Shown here one piece after another: positions 53,171-62,863 of a stretch of DNA of 64,000 nt. Origin of the DNA: Candidatus Brockarchaeota archaeon (GTDB taxonomy: Archaea; Thermoproteota; EX4484-205; JAAOZP01); contig JAFNIX010000004.1 in assembly GCA_017601225.1 (NCBI GenBank), forward strand, positions 4,507 to 68,506. Reading direction: 5' to 3'. A program made the translations under genes and the position numbers. Every line of letters starts with the position of its first letter. Position 1 is the first letter of the stretch. The notes under the pieces were generated by a model, which did not search any database, was not told the DNA's origin, and saw nothing but the letters and a program-made list of their open reading frames with translations.

Positions 53171-55090
53171 CTAGAATGGTTTAGCCGTTATCGCTCTCCC
53201 CATTATGGTGATGGCGACGGCGGCTGCTACTGCGAGCGCGATCCCGCAGAAAGTTCCCGCGATTATCACTCCTCGCCGCACAACCCACTTATCCTTACCC
53301 ATTCTTCTCTCAAGCCATTTTCCTATCAGGGCTCCGATCAATGGTGGAAGCGTGTAAGCAGGAATGTTTTGAAAGCCGTATAGGAAGCCTATTGGGGAGA
53401 AGTATTGTGTCGGGAAACGGGAGGAGGCGACGACCATTATGAAGGACAGGACGCTTGAGATGGCTATCACGTCAACCTTGAAAATCTCGATTGACCTGGA
53501 GACCCATAGGGAGAAGTAGAGGGCTGAAATAGGCCAGGAGTAGCTGGCATAGGGGTAGAAGGCAGACGGTATTGGCGTCATAGCCCAGAATATTGAAACA
53601 TACAGTAGAGATAGGAGAATGGCTATTAGGAAGAATATGAGGTATGCCTTGTAGTAGTCGAGAGGCCTGACCTTCAGCAGCTTAGCCACGTAGACCCTGT
53701 GCGTAATTATTCCAGCGCTACTCGTCACATGCGTTGGAACCACCCATGGGATCACGTCCCCAGGCCTTGTGAAAGAGACGAAGAACGCCTCTCTAATGTA
53801 TGGAATAGTGACAGATAACCCGGTTTCAGCCGTCGCCCTGGCTGTCAATATGCCTTGAATAAACGGTACTATCGTCCAGGTCACCACCCAGACGAACCAT
53901 AGTTCTGGGGCGAGGGAGACTGAAACAAGCAAACCTCCTATAGACCCGGCGGTGATTAAAGCAATTATCCAGCTGAAAGGCAAGTATGATGTTTTAAGCT
54001 GCTCTGCTGAAAGATGCCTCAGAGACAGGATTGCCCTCGCAATGTTTTTGGCGCCGACTGCAAGTATCCCGAGAGCAATCCCGAGTGTTAAACCTACCTG
54101 TGGGCTTGCCCACAGGTCGTAGATTGCTCTCTGCCACCACCATTGGATTGACGCTCCATAGGTCCATTCTCTCTGCCACATGCTGAAGTAGGGGTGGTCT
54201 ATCCTGAGTGCTATAGAGTTTCCGAAAACCCAGACTGCTACAGACCCTATGAACATCCAGACTGCAGCGTTAAACGGGATTAGCCAGCCCACCATGTATT
54301 GGGCAATATCTGTTCCGACCGCGAAAACGGCTCCCGGCAGGATTCTTTCAATCCCCGTTGTCAAGTCCACCCAAGGATACGGTATGACGGTTATGGCCCT
54401 GCCCAAGAAAATCGAGGTTATGTTTGGAATCCCGTAGATGGCGAACTCATAGATGAAGCTTATCACAGCGGCGAACGAGAAGTACATTATTTTCTCAGGT
54501 GTTCTTTCAGTAAGGGTTGAGATTGCTTGGTAGTCTATGGGTGCAACTGGGAACGGGAGCTTCTCTATCTCTATGTAAAGCATGTTCGTTATGAAGGAAA
54601 CACCGTAGTCTATCATCAGCACGCAAACGTTAACAGCTAGAGAGATCGATATCGGGATTATCCAGTCTGGGGAGAGGAAAGTCCTGTGAAGCGGACCGTA
54701 GCTTCCCAGCTCAGGAACATACCATGTTGGAAGCTTTTCAGCAATACCGTAGAGGATGGTGTATGGGGCAGACCTATAGTAATACCTTATGAGGAAATCT
54801 CCGAACATTCCTCCGCCGACGAACCATAGGGCTATGGCTTGAAGCATGAAGTATATTATGTAAGCTTCTTGGGACGTTATGTATCTCTTGACGAGCCTCC
54901 CGGCCTCTGTGAAAAGAAGTATTGTAACGAAAACCGGGATGAACCTTTCGGTCCCGCCTAAAGAGCCGACGGCCCATCCTAAATAGATTATCGCTGGCAC
55001 GATTACCACAAGCCCAAATAATACTGCGGAGACCGATACGATCGTGAGCCCAGGGATGAAGGCTTCTTTTTCACGTGCAGCCTCTTCCAT
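53171..55090 (-). CDS. Module protein A2: large polytopic membrane protein, paralog of A1
   Basis: 639 aa. The motif YIEIEKLPFPVAPIDYQAISTLTERT aligns with FIEVEDLPFPTAQVGADAILTLSERT of A1. PYPWVDLTTGIERILPGAVFAVGTDI aligns with PIPWVDLTSRIEPFLPGASFGVATDI. The start overlaps the stop of C2 (TAATG). Confidence 0.6.
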   Translation of the reverse strand: MEEAAREKEAFIPGLTIVSVSAVLFGLVVIVPAIIYLGWAVGSLGGTERFIPVFVTILLFTEAGRLVKRYITSQEAYIIYFMLQAIALWFVGGGMFGDFLIRYYYRSAPYTILYGIAEKLPTWYVPELGSYGPLHRTFLSPDWIIPISISLAVNVCVLMIDYGVSFITNMLYIEIEKLPFPVAPIDYQAISTLTERTPEKIMYFSFAAVISFIYEFAIYGIPNITSIFLGRAITVIPYPWVDLTTGIERILPGAVFAVGTDIAQYMVGWLIPFNAAVWMFIGSVAVWVFGNSIALRIDHPYFSMWQREWTYGASIQWWWQRAIYDLWASPQVGLTLGIALGILAVGAKNIARAILSLRHLSAEQLKTSYLPFSWIIALITAGSIGGLLVSVSLAPELWFVWVVTWTIVPFIQGILTARATAETGLSVTIPYIREAFFVSFTRPGDVIPWVVPTHVTSSAGIITHRVYVAKLLKVRPLDYYKAYLIFFLIAILLSLLYVSIFWAMTPIPSAFYPYASYSWPISALYFSLWVSRSIEIFKVDVIAISSVLSFIMVVASSRFPTQYFSPIGFLYGFQNIPAYTLPPLIGALIGKWLERRMGKDKWVVRRGVIIAGTFCGIALAVAAAVAITIMGRAITAKPF

Positions 55091-58000
55091 TATTTCTCAC
55101 CCACTAGGCTACGCTCCCTAGCCATACGTATGTATTTCTCCCGGTCCTCCGGATTGAGGACATTCCATATCAGCATCTGCTTCCTCACCTCATCGATAAA
55201 GGGGTAGTTGAACCTGACCCATGAGTCGTAGGGCCCGGACACCCTAGTTAGATTCATTGAGATGAGGAAGTTCTGCTCCGTCTTACTCTTCAATATCACT
55301 ATGTTCATATCCTGCTTTATGTTCTGCTCGAACGGTGCCAGCCAGACTCTCGACTTTACAGCAATCCCAGACTCTATCTTGTTAACCTCAACGCTTTCAA
55401 CGGTGAAAACCCCCGCCCGCTCTATCCTCTTGTTCCAGAGATACTCGTGGAGGAAAACAGCCATTCCCGCAGCCCTATCATCCTCTTTTATGCGGAAAGG
55501 TATCGGTATGTCCCATGAGTCTCCCTTAGGCTTAGTCTGGAGACGCCACTTCCTCTCTAATGACGGGGTCACTGTGACGGAAACCTTGTAGAACGGGTAG
55601 AGCGATGCTGCCAGAACCAGCACGATCACCAGCCCGACAGCTATCATGACGAATGACGACGTGTAGTTAACAGGGAGGTTTATCAGGCCTATTTTCCTCG
55701 TTAAGTACGAGGCGGAGATACCCCCGAGATAGCCCGTCATCGATCCTACGATAGCGTATATGATGTTCTCACCGAAGAACATTAAGCCCACTTGAACCGG
55801 TGCTAGGCCTAGGCTGCTGTATATGTAGCCCTCCCGTATTCTCTCCATGACTCCTCCCAGAATTGTCGACATAGTTATCAGCCCCGCAATGATCATGGGT
55901 ATTAGAATGAACTGGAAGCCGAACAGCGAGATAACGTTCTCCTTGGAGAACCGGTAGACGGTGCCGTTATAAGTCAGATAGATGTTTAACCCTTCGAAGG
56001 CGGAGAAAACATCGCCGCACTTCTCGTAGAGTTCCTCGAGCACCATCCCGTCTGCAGGTATGAAAACACTCGTTAAACATGATTCTGGAATCAGTTCAAC
56101 TAGGCCAGCCGGCACGAATATTACGGATCCTGGGCTTAACGCCGCCTCAGCACGGGGAGGCGTTCTCTCGTTTGAAAGAACGTATGTGTCCATGGGTAGG
56201 ACGTCGACGAAGCCGTCCGCATCCTTCACGTAGGCTAGAACTGCAGTAGTGTTAAGTATGCCTGTTACTTTTAAGCGGAAACCGTTAACCCAGACATATT
56301 CGCCTGTCTTCACCCCCAGGCTTTCCGCAAGACTGTTAGGCAACAGTGCTGAGAAAACCTCTTCATCTTTAAACATGGATCCTTCTAACAGTATTTTTTC
56401 GAACTCGTTGAAAGATGCTTTCAACTCCACAGAGCTTATTCCTACAGCAGCGTAGATCAAAGCCTTACTTTTCTCAGAGGATATGACTATTGTGCCAGCA
56501 GTCCCCTCTCCAGGAGTAGAAGGAAGATAAACCCAGTACCTCGGAGCGTAAAGCGTCTTGCCTGATATGTAGATTGACACTAGGTCAATCAGCTTCCTGT
56601 TTAACGGCGCGAAGTTGGCTGTTCTCAGCAACACCCCGTTGTAAGTAACCTCGGTGGGAGTCGGAGTGACTCTTAAAGCCCTTATCTCCGTCACAGAAGT
56701 CAGAGAAGAAAGTGAGAAGCTTATGATCACTATGCACAGCATCGTTAAAACTGTTCTAAACTTACGTTTCTTCAAGTTGCCTATTCCTATAGATACGGCT
56801 GAAAACGAAACGTCGAATCCGCTTCTCTCGAGGAAGTGTGCACCAAGAACTTCTCTCCTCAACCTCGAAAGCCCTGTGGAGAAGTTGGAGAATAGGAAGA
56901 ACATTACTGGAATAACTAAGGCAACTATCAGTGTTCCTATGAATATTGCAGGCACGTTTACCGCCAGCCCGAAACCCGGGTGGAACACTGTTAAAAGCAA
57001 CGCCACGGACAGCGCTACCGCAAGAGTAAGGGCGACGCTTCTAAAGCCGCTGCTCAAATTGTAAACCAAGGATGAAAACAGCAGGATGAAGGGTATTGCT
57101 AAAGCGAATACGAGAATTATGCTCGTAACCGCGTCGCGGACAACGCTCAAAGAGCTTTGGTAAGCCTTGTTTGAGAACCCCCAAGCCATTAAAGCGCTCG
57201 TCAAGAACCCAGTGTAATCCTTTTTTGAAGCCATTTGAAGAAGTGTCTGGTTGAACATTATCGCATAATTCAGATTCTCCATCGTCTTTGGGTCCAGAAC
57301 TTGAATATCTGCTTGAGCCAGATACCTGCCATACGCTAATGTCAACATCTCCATGAACATGCTAGGCATTCCGCCCTTTACCAGCAGCCTGTCCCCCTCC
57401 CTAGCGAAATAATACCCGTATCCATCCTGGTTCTGCAGGGTCACATTAGTATAGACTGCAACCGTTTTAGCCATAGATGTGCTTTTAACAACGAAGCCGA
57501 ACCTGGTGCGGGGCGGGGCGTAAACCTGTGCAACCGATAGGATGGGGTCGAACTCGTAGCCGAATGAGTCGAGAACGGAGTACCCAGGTATCTGCATCAC
57601 CATCACGCTTATCGTTAGCGGGGTCTCGTAGCCACCGTAATTCCTGAGCTGCGCTGAATAAGCATTCGTGGTTCCAAACATTGAGCTTGGAGAGACTGCA
57701 GCCTGCAGAGTGTCCGGGTCGGTTAAATCGAACATGACAGCGCTCCCACATTTAAACACAACGTTCCTAGTGAATTGTTCAGGCGAAACTATCGTTACGC
57801 TTGAAGGGTATGTTCCGGCACCATGCTGCCCCCTGTCTGGAGCATAGATGATTCGCCCCTCATCGTCAATCAGATAACTCTGTATTGGGGTTTGCAACGC
57901 GGTTGTCGCCTCAGGATATGGCCTTAGACCCCTGAACACTGCGAAGCCTAAAGAATCCGATTTCGAAAACATTAGCGTGAACGGGTCCAACGTGCTTCCC

Positions 58001-59607
58001 ACTGTGACGAAAGCGTTTGGAACAGGGCTGTATAGGCCCGGCGTAGTTGGGTCGTATTCGACCACTTCAACCCTTAACACCGTGAATCCGACTCCAGTAT
58101 AGGTTTCACCCATCCTTAACGGTCTTAAACCCGCCCAGCTACCCGAATACCATTCTTCAACAGGAGCCTTCAACAAGTCGAACAGGATCTGGAATGTTAG
58201 CTGTGCTTGAGGTATAACGTTCTGGAAATCGATAAACTCCAGCTTGTCAGACGGGGTGAACACACGATACCTGAAGTCGTCGAAAGTAATTATTCCGAGC
58301 CCGATGCTGTTTGCTAGCTCAAAGGGCTCCATTTCAAGAATATGCTTGAAGGCAAGGCCCTTCTGAAAACCGGGGCTGGCCGAGTCATAAGCAATACCGT
58401 ATAGGCCGGGATATAGGTTGCTGGTTAAAACCTTTTCGCCATAGCTTGGGAAAGATTTAATGAAAGATTTAATTGAATTTGTAAAAAATAATCGGAGATC
58501 TCTGAACCTGCCTGCAATATATTGAGTATTGATGGAGTACATCATGCCGCTGTAAACCAGGTTTAAATGCGGGCTTCCTGAGCTGATCTTAATATCTATA
58601 ACGAGATAGGGGAAGACCGTGCTGCCTATCTCAGAATTGTTAAAGTAGAATTGTTCCACGAAGCTTCTCGCACCGGCTAGGGCCTGCCAATGTCCAGACA
58701 TCGCTATAAAAAGCACTGTGTATCTGGGCGTGAAACCCTGTTGCTTTAAAGCCCTGATGAATTCAAGCATAACTGAGACTCCTATGGCTTCATCAGCCCC
58801 CGGAGCAAACCCTGGGATAATCGACCCCGAGTCATAGTTTACAGTTATGATGATTACTTTAGACGGGTCTTCGACACCCCTCATTTCTCCGATCACGTTC
58901 ACAGCCTCGACTTCTCTCCACTCCATACCGTTGAAAAGCTCCGCATCCGGATTGGTTCTAGCGATTTCTCTGAGCTGAGACGCTTCCTGGCCTGCTACGT
59001 ATATTCTTGGAGTAACTAGTGGGATGGAGGATATTTTGCTTAACGCTTCAAAGCGATTCGTATCCCCGTCCTCTAGAAAAACGATGCCTGATGCGCCAAG
59101 CTTAACCATGTCTACCCATGCAGACCCGGAGTTAAACTCAAGGAGGACTATGCTACCATTCACATCAAGCCCATTAAGATCCCCCGGAGTACCGTGGCCC
59201 GCGTAAATAAGCTTTCCAGAAGCTTTTTTTAAACCCGTGGCTACGACATTAGGGTAGAGCCCATAGGCCTTAATCACCTTGCCGCCTACCTTCATGTATG
59301 AGCCGGAGTCGTAGGGGACCAGCACCGTGTAGTTGAAAAAACTGACTTTCAACCCGAAGCCGTTAAACTCTTCCGCTATGATTCGTGCCGCCTGGAGAGA
59401 ACCCGGGTAGCCTGTGAACCTTGACTTTATTGACGAAAACAACACTACATAATCTCTTATCCTGTCGGCTGAAACCACTGGGACTTCAAGCTGGTTTAAA
59501 AAGTTTTTTTCTTCAACAGCGTCACGCTCTCCCTCAGCGATTAGGATGGAGGCAGTCAGCAATATTAAAGCCACAACAAACAGATTTTTTCTTCGAACAG
59601 TTATCAT
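55090..59607 (-). CDS. Module protein C2: paralog of C1 (PA/M28-like ectodomain + MacB/FtsX permease + conserved tail)
   Basis: 1505 aa. M28-like blocks: VNVIGEMRG..IIITVNYDS..APGADEAIG..SGHWQALAGARSF. FtsX TM1 block: NLKKRKFRTVLTMLCIVIISF. FtsX domain block: VMERIREGYIYSSLGLAPVQVGLMFFGENIIY. The tail block TPSLERKWRLQTKPKGDSWDIPIPF matches TPSVERVWKLKTKPQGDVWDIPLPF of C1. Confidence 0.7.
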   Translation of the reverse strand: MITVRRKNLFVVALILLTASILIAEGERDAVEEKNFLNQLEVPVVSADRIRDYVVLFSSIKSRFTGYPGSLQAARIIAEEFNGFGLKVSFFNYTVLVPYDSGSYMKVGGKVIKAYGLYPNVVATGLKKASGKLIYAGHGTPGDLNGLDVNGSIVLLEFNSGSAWVDMVKLGASGIVFLEDGDTNRFEALSKISSIPLVTPRIYVAGQEASQLREIARTNPDAELFNGMEWREVEAVNVIGEMRGVEDPSKVIIITVNYDSGSIIPGFAPGADEAIGVSVMLEFIRALKQQGFTPRYTVLFIAMSGHWQALAGARSFVEQFYFNNSEIGSTVFPYLVIDIKISSGSPHLNLVYSGMMYSINTQYIAGRFRDLRLFFTNSIKSFIKSFPSYGEKVLTSNLYPGLYGIAYDSASPGFQKGLAFKHILEMEPFELANSIGLGIITFDDFRYRVFTPSDKLEFIDFQNVIPQAQLTFQILFDLLKAPVEEWYSGSWAGLRPLRMGETYTGVGFTVLRVEVVEYDPTTPGLYSPVPNAFVTVGSTLDPFTLMFSKSDSLGFAVFRGLRPYPEATTALQTPIQSYLIDDEGRIIYAPDRGQHGAGTYPSSVTIVSPEQFTRNVVFKCGSAVMFDLTDPDTLQAAVSPSSMFGTTNAYSAQLRNYGGYETPLTISVMVMQIPGYSVLDSFGYEFDPILSVAQVYAPPRTRFGFVVKSTSMAKTVAVYTNVTLQNQDGYGYYFAREGDRLLVKGGMPSMFMEMLTLAYGRYLAQADIQVLDPKTMENLNYAIMFNQTLLQMASKKDYTGFLTSALMAWGFSNKAYQSSLSVVRDAVTSIILVFALAIPFILLFSSLVYNLSSGFRSVALTLAVALSVALLLTVFHPGFGLAVNVPAIFIGTLIVALVIPVMFFLFSNFSTGLSRLRREVLGAHFLERSGFDVSFSAVSIGIGNLKKRKFRTVLTMLCIVIISFSLSSLTSVTEIRALRVTPTPTEVTYNGVLLRTANFAPLNRKLIDLVSIYISGKTLYAPRYWVYLPSTPGEGTAGTIVISSEKSKALIYAAVGISSVELKASFNEFEKILLEGSMFKDEEVFSALLPNSLAESLGVKTGEYVWVNGFRLKVTGILNTTAVLAYVKDADGFVDVLPMDTYVLSNERTPPRAEAALSPGSVIFVPAGLVELIPESCLTSVFIPADGMVLEELYEKCGDVFSAFEGLNIYLTYNGTVYRFSKENVISLFGFQFILIPMIIAGLITMSTILGGVMERIREGYIYSSLGLAPVQVGLMFFGENIIYAIVGSMTGYLGGISASYLTRKIGLINLPVNYTSSFVMIAVGLVIVLVLAASLYPFYKVSVTVTPSLERKWRLQTKPKGDSWDIPIPFRIKEDDRAAGMAVFLHEYLWNKRIERAGVFTVESVEVNKIESGIAVKSRVWLAPFEQNIKQDMNIVILKSKTEQNFLISMNLTRVSGPYDSWVRFNYPFIDEVRKQMLIWNVLNPEDREKYIRMARERSLVGEK

Positions 59608-59742
59608 TATTGAAAGTTTATATCAAGACTGATTTAAACTTTACGGCTTTAAAACCCATTCTCAAACGGAATTTTCTCAAAAGCATATGGAGGGCCCTAG
59701 AAACGAGGTTTAATCTGATACAGAGATAAATAAGCCGTATGG

Positions 59743-59750
59743 TTCCATAA
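59743..59750 (-). terminator. T8 tract downstream of B2 (possible archaeal oligo-T terminator)
   Basis: AAAAAAAA on the plus strand gives TTTTTTTT on the coding strand, 23 nt after the B2 stop at 59773. It lies within the 165-nt spacer before C2. Confidence 0.35.
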
Positions 59751-59772
59751 ACAAAAAAAAGAGGGTTTGAAT

Positions 59773-61755
59773 CTAATAGCCTGTCGGTCCTACGGATATT
59801 CCTCCAGTTGCAGCGTTCACTCCCATGATTATCGTAGCCATGAGAGTGACACCAACCATGAAGCCTATGGCTACCGGTACTCCAACCTCTTCGTAAGCCT
59901 TTGCCCCGAATACTTTAAGCGTTATTAGTTTGAGAATCCATGCGACTCCAGCGTTTATCAGCCACATTCCGGAGTAGAAGAATAGCGCGTATGGGCTGAA
60001 GAAGAACCATGCGAACCTAGCTCTCAGGAAGAAGAGGATCCCGACGACAACTATAGCCAGCGGAAACATCCACCAGTGGAAGTCCGCAGGTGGTGCTGAA
60101 TCAGCCACCACCCACGGTACCTGGAACCCAGTGATATTCGCACCGCTGCCGAGCCCCCAGGCTTTCAACTGGCCTATTCCAGTGCCGTAGATTATGTAGA
60201 CGGCAACAGGAACGCCTATCAGCACCGTTATCAGGATTCCTAGGATATGCGACTTGAGAATATCTGTCTCCTTCACCTTAGCCGGCTCAACCATAGTATA
60301 GGTTGAGGTGTAGGCCCAAGCAGTGTGCGTGTTCTGGTGAAGAACTCCACCCATGTTTGCAGATATGCTGACGCCAGCCATCGTGGCCCATGCGGATTGA
60401 GTTTTCGCAGCCGCCCCGCTTGCTGGGAACAGGCCTATTCCAGTACCTACTCCCCAAGCCAAGAATCTAGCTGGAACAGCATCTCCTCCCGCCACCCATG
60501 TTCCCGTTGCCCCGCAGACAGCAACCATACCAGTCGTGTACAGGAACCACACTATGAAGCCGACCAGCAGCGGGAGAATGTTGGCTCCGAATATTACCCA
60601 TAAGATTAGCCAGAGAAGCCACGTGGCCGCGAAGCCGTACCATACGAGCGAGTTTGGAAGCTCACCGGGGGCAAACTCCTTCTTCTTAACGCTTTCAGCA
60701 TAGGTCTTATAGCCGAAGACTATTGTCCAGATTCCTATCGCTAACGGTGCCCAATAGTAGCTGAAGTTTAGCCATGGGAAGGGACCTGTGCCAGCCGGGT
60801 TTGTGTTAGGTGTTATTACTCCAGTGTTGACGAGGATCAGCGGGAACAAGATTTGGAATATGAATAGCCAGATGACTATTGAGGAAAGAATGTCCAAGGG
60901 AGCAAGATACATTATCGCGGCATCTGCAGGTATGAACATCCACCAGGATTGTATCGTGTTTTGAGATATTGAGCTCATAAGGTCGGCGAACCACTGCTGG
61001 TAGAACTGGCCGAAGGCGAAGAACACAGTCGTGAACTTAATAATGTAGTTTAAAGCTCCCAGTACCCCTATTGCGCACCCCAGTAGTATTCCCGCTATGA
61101 ACGGGAGCTTCTTCATGTACTGTGTGAAGGTTCCTTTCTGATGCTGTGAAAGCATTTCATTAATCGGTATCATCATGGGGAACGGGAGCCTTTCTTTTTT
61201 AATCAGCTGCAGCCTGATTAATGCTGCCTGGAAAACCATCATTAGGCACCAAATAATTATCATTATCATCCAGAACGCTAGGTATGGGAGCAACCTGCCC
61301 AGTGGTACGGCTGCTCCTCCAGTCCAAGCGGGGGCGATCAGATCATAGTCGCCCGGGGTCCACAGCGGTGGGTAATACTTTAGCAGGGCCTCTACATTCG
61401 GGTTAGTCTTAACCAGGTATGTTCCTGCGAATATGAATTGTAGGAAGGCGCCGATGACGAACGGGCTGTCTGCCGTTATGAACGCTATTGTAGTGATTAC
61501 TGCGATCTCCTGGACTGTCAGAGCCTTCATGAACAGGCTTACCAGAACGAGTATGAAAACGAGTCCGTACGGTGGGTATATTGCTGACCCGACTCTGCCT
61601 GCGAAAACAGGTTCCAAGCTTATTCCTAGACCCCACCAGGTAGCTATGTTTGCGAAGAGCCCTATTATACCGAAGACTATCGCAAGGATTATTGCTCTAA
61701 TGGTAAAACCTGTTTTTAACTCTTCTATGACTGAGACAGTCTTTGTCTCACTCAA
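59773..61755 (-). CDS. Module protein B2: large polytopic membrane protein, paralog of B1
   Basis: 660 aa with a TTG start. It carries the motif LIKKERLPFPMMIPINEML. The C-terminal block KVFGAKAYEEVGVPVAIGFMVG aligns with RIGGSKLYEEQGVPLAIGIFLG of B1. Confidence 0.6.
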   Translation of the reverse strand: MSETKTVSVIEELKTGFTIRAIILAIVFGIIGLFANIATWWGLGISLEPVFAGRVGSAIYPPYGLVFILVLVSLFMKALTVQEIAVITTIAFITADSPFVIGAFLQFIFAGTYLVKTNPNVEALLKYYPPLWTPGDYDLIAPAWTGGAAVPLGRLLPYLAFWMIMIIIWCLMMVFQAALIRLQLIKKERLPFPMMIPINEMLSQHQKGTFTQYMKKLPFIAGILLGCAIGVLGALNYIIKFTTVFFAFGQFYQQWFADLMSSISQNTIQSWWMFIPADAAIMYLAPLDILSSIVIWLFIFQILFPLILVNTGVITPNTNPAGTGPFPWLNFSYYWAPLAIGIWTIVFGYKTYAESVKKKEFAPGELPNSLVWYGFAATWLLWLILWVIFGANILPLLVGFIVWFLYTTGMVAVCGATGTWVAGGDAVPARFLAWGVGTGIGLFPASGAAAKTQSAWATMAGVSISANMGGVLHQNTHTAWAYTSTYTMVEPAKVKETDILKSHILGILITVLIGVPVAVYIIYGTGIGQLKAWGLGSGANITGFQVPWVVADSAPPADFHWWMFPLAIVVVGILFFLRARFAWFFFSPYALFFYSGMWLINAGVAWILKLITLKVFGAKAYEEVGVPVAIGFMVGVTLMATIIMGVNAATGGISVGPTGY

Positions 61756-61900
61756 ACTCTTTTCACCGTGTAAAATAGTTTTTACGTCTTTATAAAGTTT
61801 TAGGGTTATAAAAACATTGGACTAGCCATTTTCAACCAAAAAGACGCTATTTAAAGAGGCTGTTGCTGCATGCTTATATGTTCACGATGAGCAGTAAAAT

Positions 61901-61912
61901 TTTTTTATAAAA
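61901..61912 (+). promoter_or_regulatory. TATA-box-like element upstream of moaA
   Basis: TTTTTTATAAAA lies 22-33 nt upstream of the ATG at 61934, in the divergent B2/moaA intergenic region. Confidence 0.4.
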
Positions 61913-61933
61913 GGGTTTTAAAGTTCCTCGCCA

Positions 61934-62863
61934 ATGTTTCAACAGGCCGGCAGATCCTTGAAAAACCTGAGGATATCTGTTACAGAAAACTGCAACCTTA
62001 ATTGCTTCTTCTGCCACAGGGAATGGAACCCTCCTCCCAGTAGTGGGAGTATGACTCTAAACGAGGTTAGAAAAATCGTCGAGGTAGCCAGTAGCATAGG
62101 GGTTGAGAGTGTTAAGATAACGGGTGGAGAACCATTGATGAGAGAAGACATTGTTAACATGGTGAAAGCAATCTCCCCGCTCGTCCGAGAGGTTTCACTC
62201 GTTACAAACGGTATCCTCCTTGAGGAGTATGCTGCGGATCTTAAGAGTGCAGGGCTAGCGAGGGTTAACGTTAACCTCCCTAGTCTAGATTCTTCAAAGT
62301 ACAGTTGGATTACTGGGGGTGGGGATGTTTCAAGGGTTTTCAATGGGGTCAATGCTGCCTTAGAGGCTGGGCTAAACCCGGTTAAGATAAACATGGTTAT
62401 TCTGAAAGGGGTTAACGAGGAGGATGTTGAAGAGATGCTGGATTACGCTGGCTCCATAGGAGCGGTTCTCCAGCTTATAGAACTACAGCCGATTCCGGGC
62501 GGTGAAAAGGTTTTCCAAGAGTTTCACGTCAGCCTTGAGGCTATTGAAAAAAGCATCTCATCAAAATCAGCCAGGAAAACTGTCAACAAAACTGGACAAC
62601 GTAACGTCTACATGCTACTCCGAAACGGAAGGACTGTTTTCGTCGAAATAGTCTCGCCGACAGAGAACATTGGCTTCTGCTCCCACTGCTCCAAGCTGAG
62701 GGTTACTTGCGACGGGAGGCTGAAGCCCTGCTTGTTGAGGAACGATAATCTCGTAGACATAGTAGGATTAATCAGATTAGGCGGAAGCGATGATGACTTA
62801 AAAAAGAGGTTTATGGAGGCAATTATGTTGAAAAAACCATATTGGGAGAACCGTGTTACCTAG
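61934..62863 (+). CDS. moaA: GTP 3',8-cyclase MoaA (molybdopterin/tungstopterin cofactor biosynthesis, radical SAM)
   Basis: 309 aa. It has the radical SAM motif CNLNCFFCH near the N terminus, the block KITGGEPLMRED and the C-terminal auxiliary-cluster Cys motif CSHCSKLRVTCDG. Confidence 0.85.
   Translation: MFQQAGRSLKNLRISVTENCNLNCFFCHREWNPPPSSGSMTLNEVRKIVEVASSIGVESVKITGGEPLMREDIVNMVKAISPLVREVSLVTNGILLEEYAADLKSAGLARVNVNLPSLDSSKYSWITGGGDVSRVFNGVNAALEAGLNPVKINMVILKGVNEEDVEEMLDYAGSIGAVLQLIELQPIPGGEKVFQEFHVSLEAIEKSISSKSARKTVNKTGQRNVYMLLRNGRTVFVEIVSPTENIGFCSHCSKLRVTCDGRLKPCLLRNDNLVDIVGLIRLGGSDDDLKKRFMEAIMLKKPYWENRVT

Noticed and set aside
15165-61755. The idea that the two B-C-A modules are a recent segmental duplication or repeat-mediated rearrangement.
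   Set aside because: The paralogs differ at most positions outside motif blocks. Their spacer lengths differ (60 versus 165 nt), as do their flanking genes. I saw no shared nucleotide repeats at the borders, so this is an ancient duplication.
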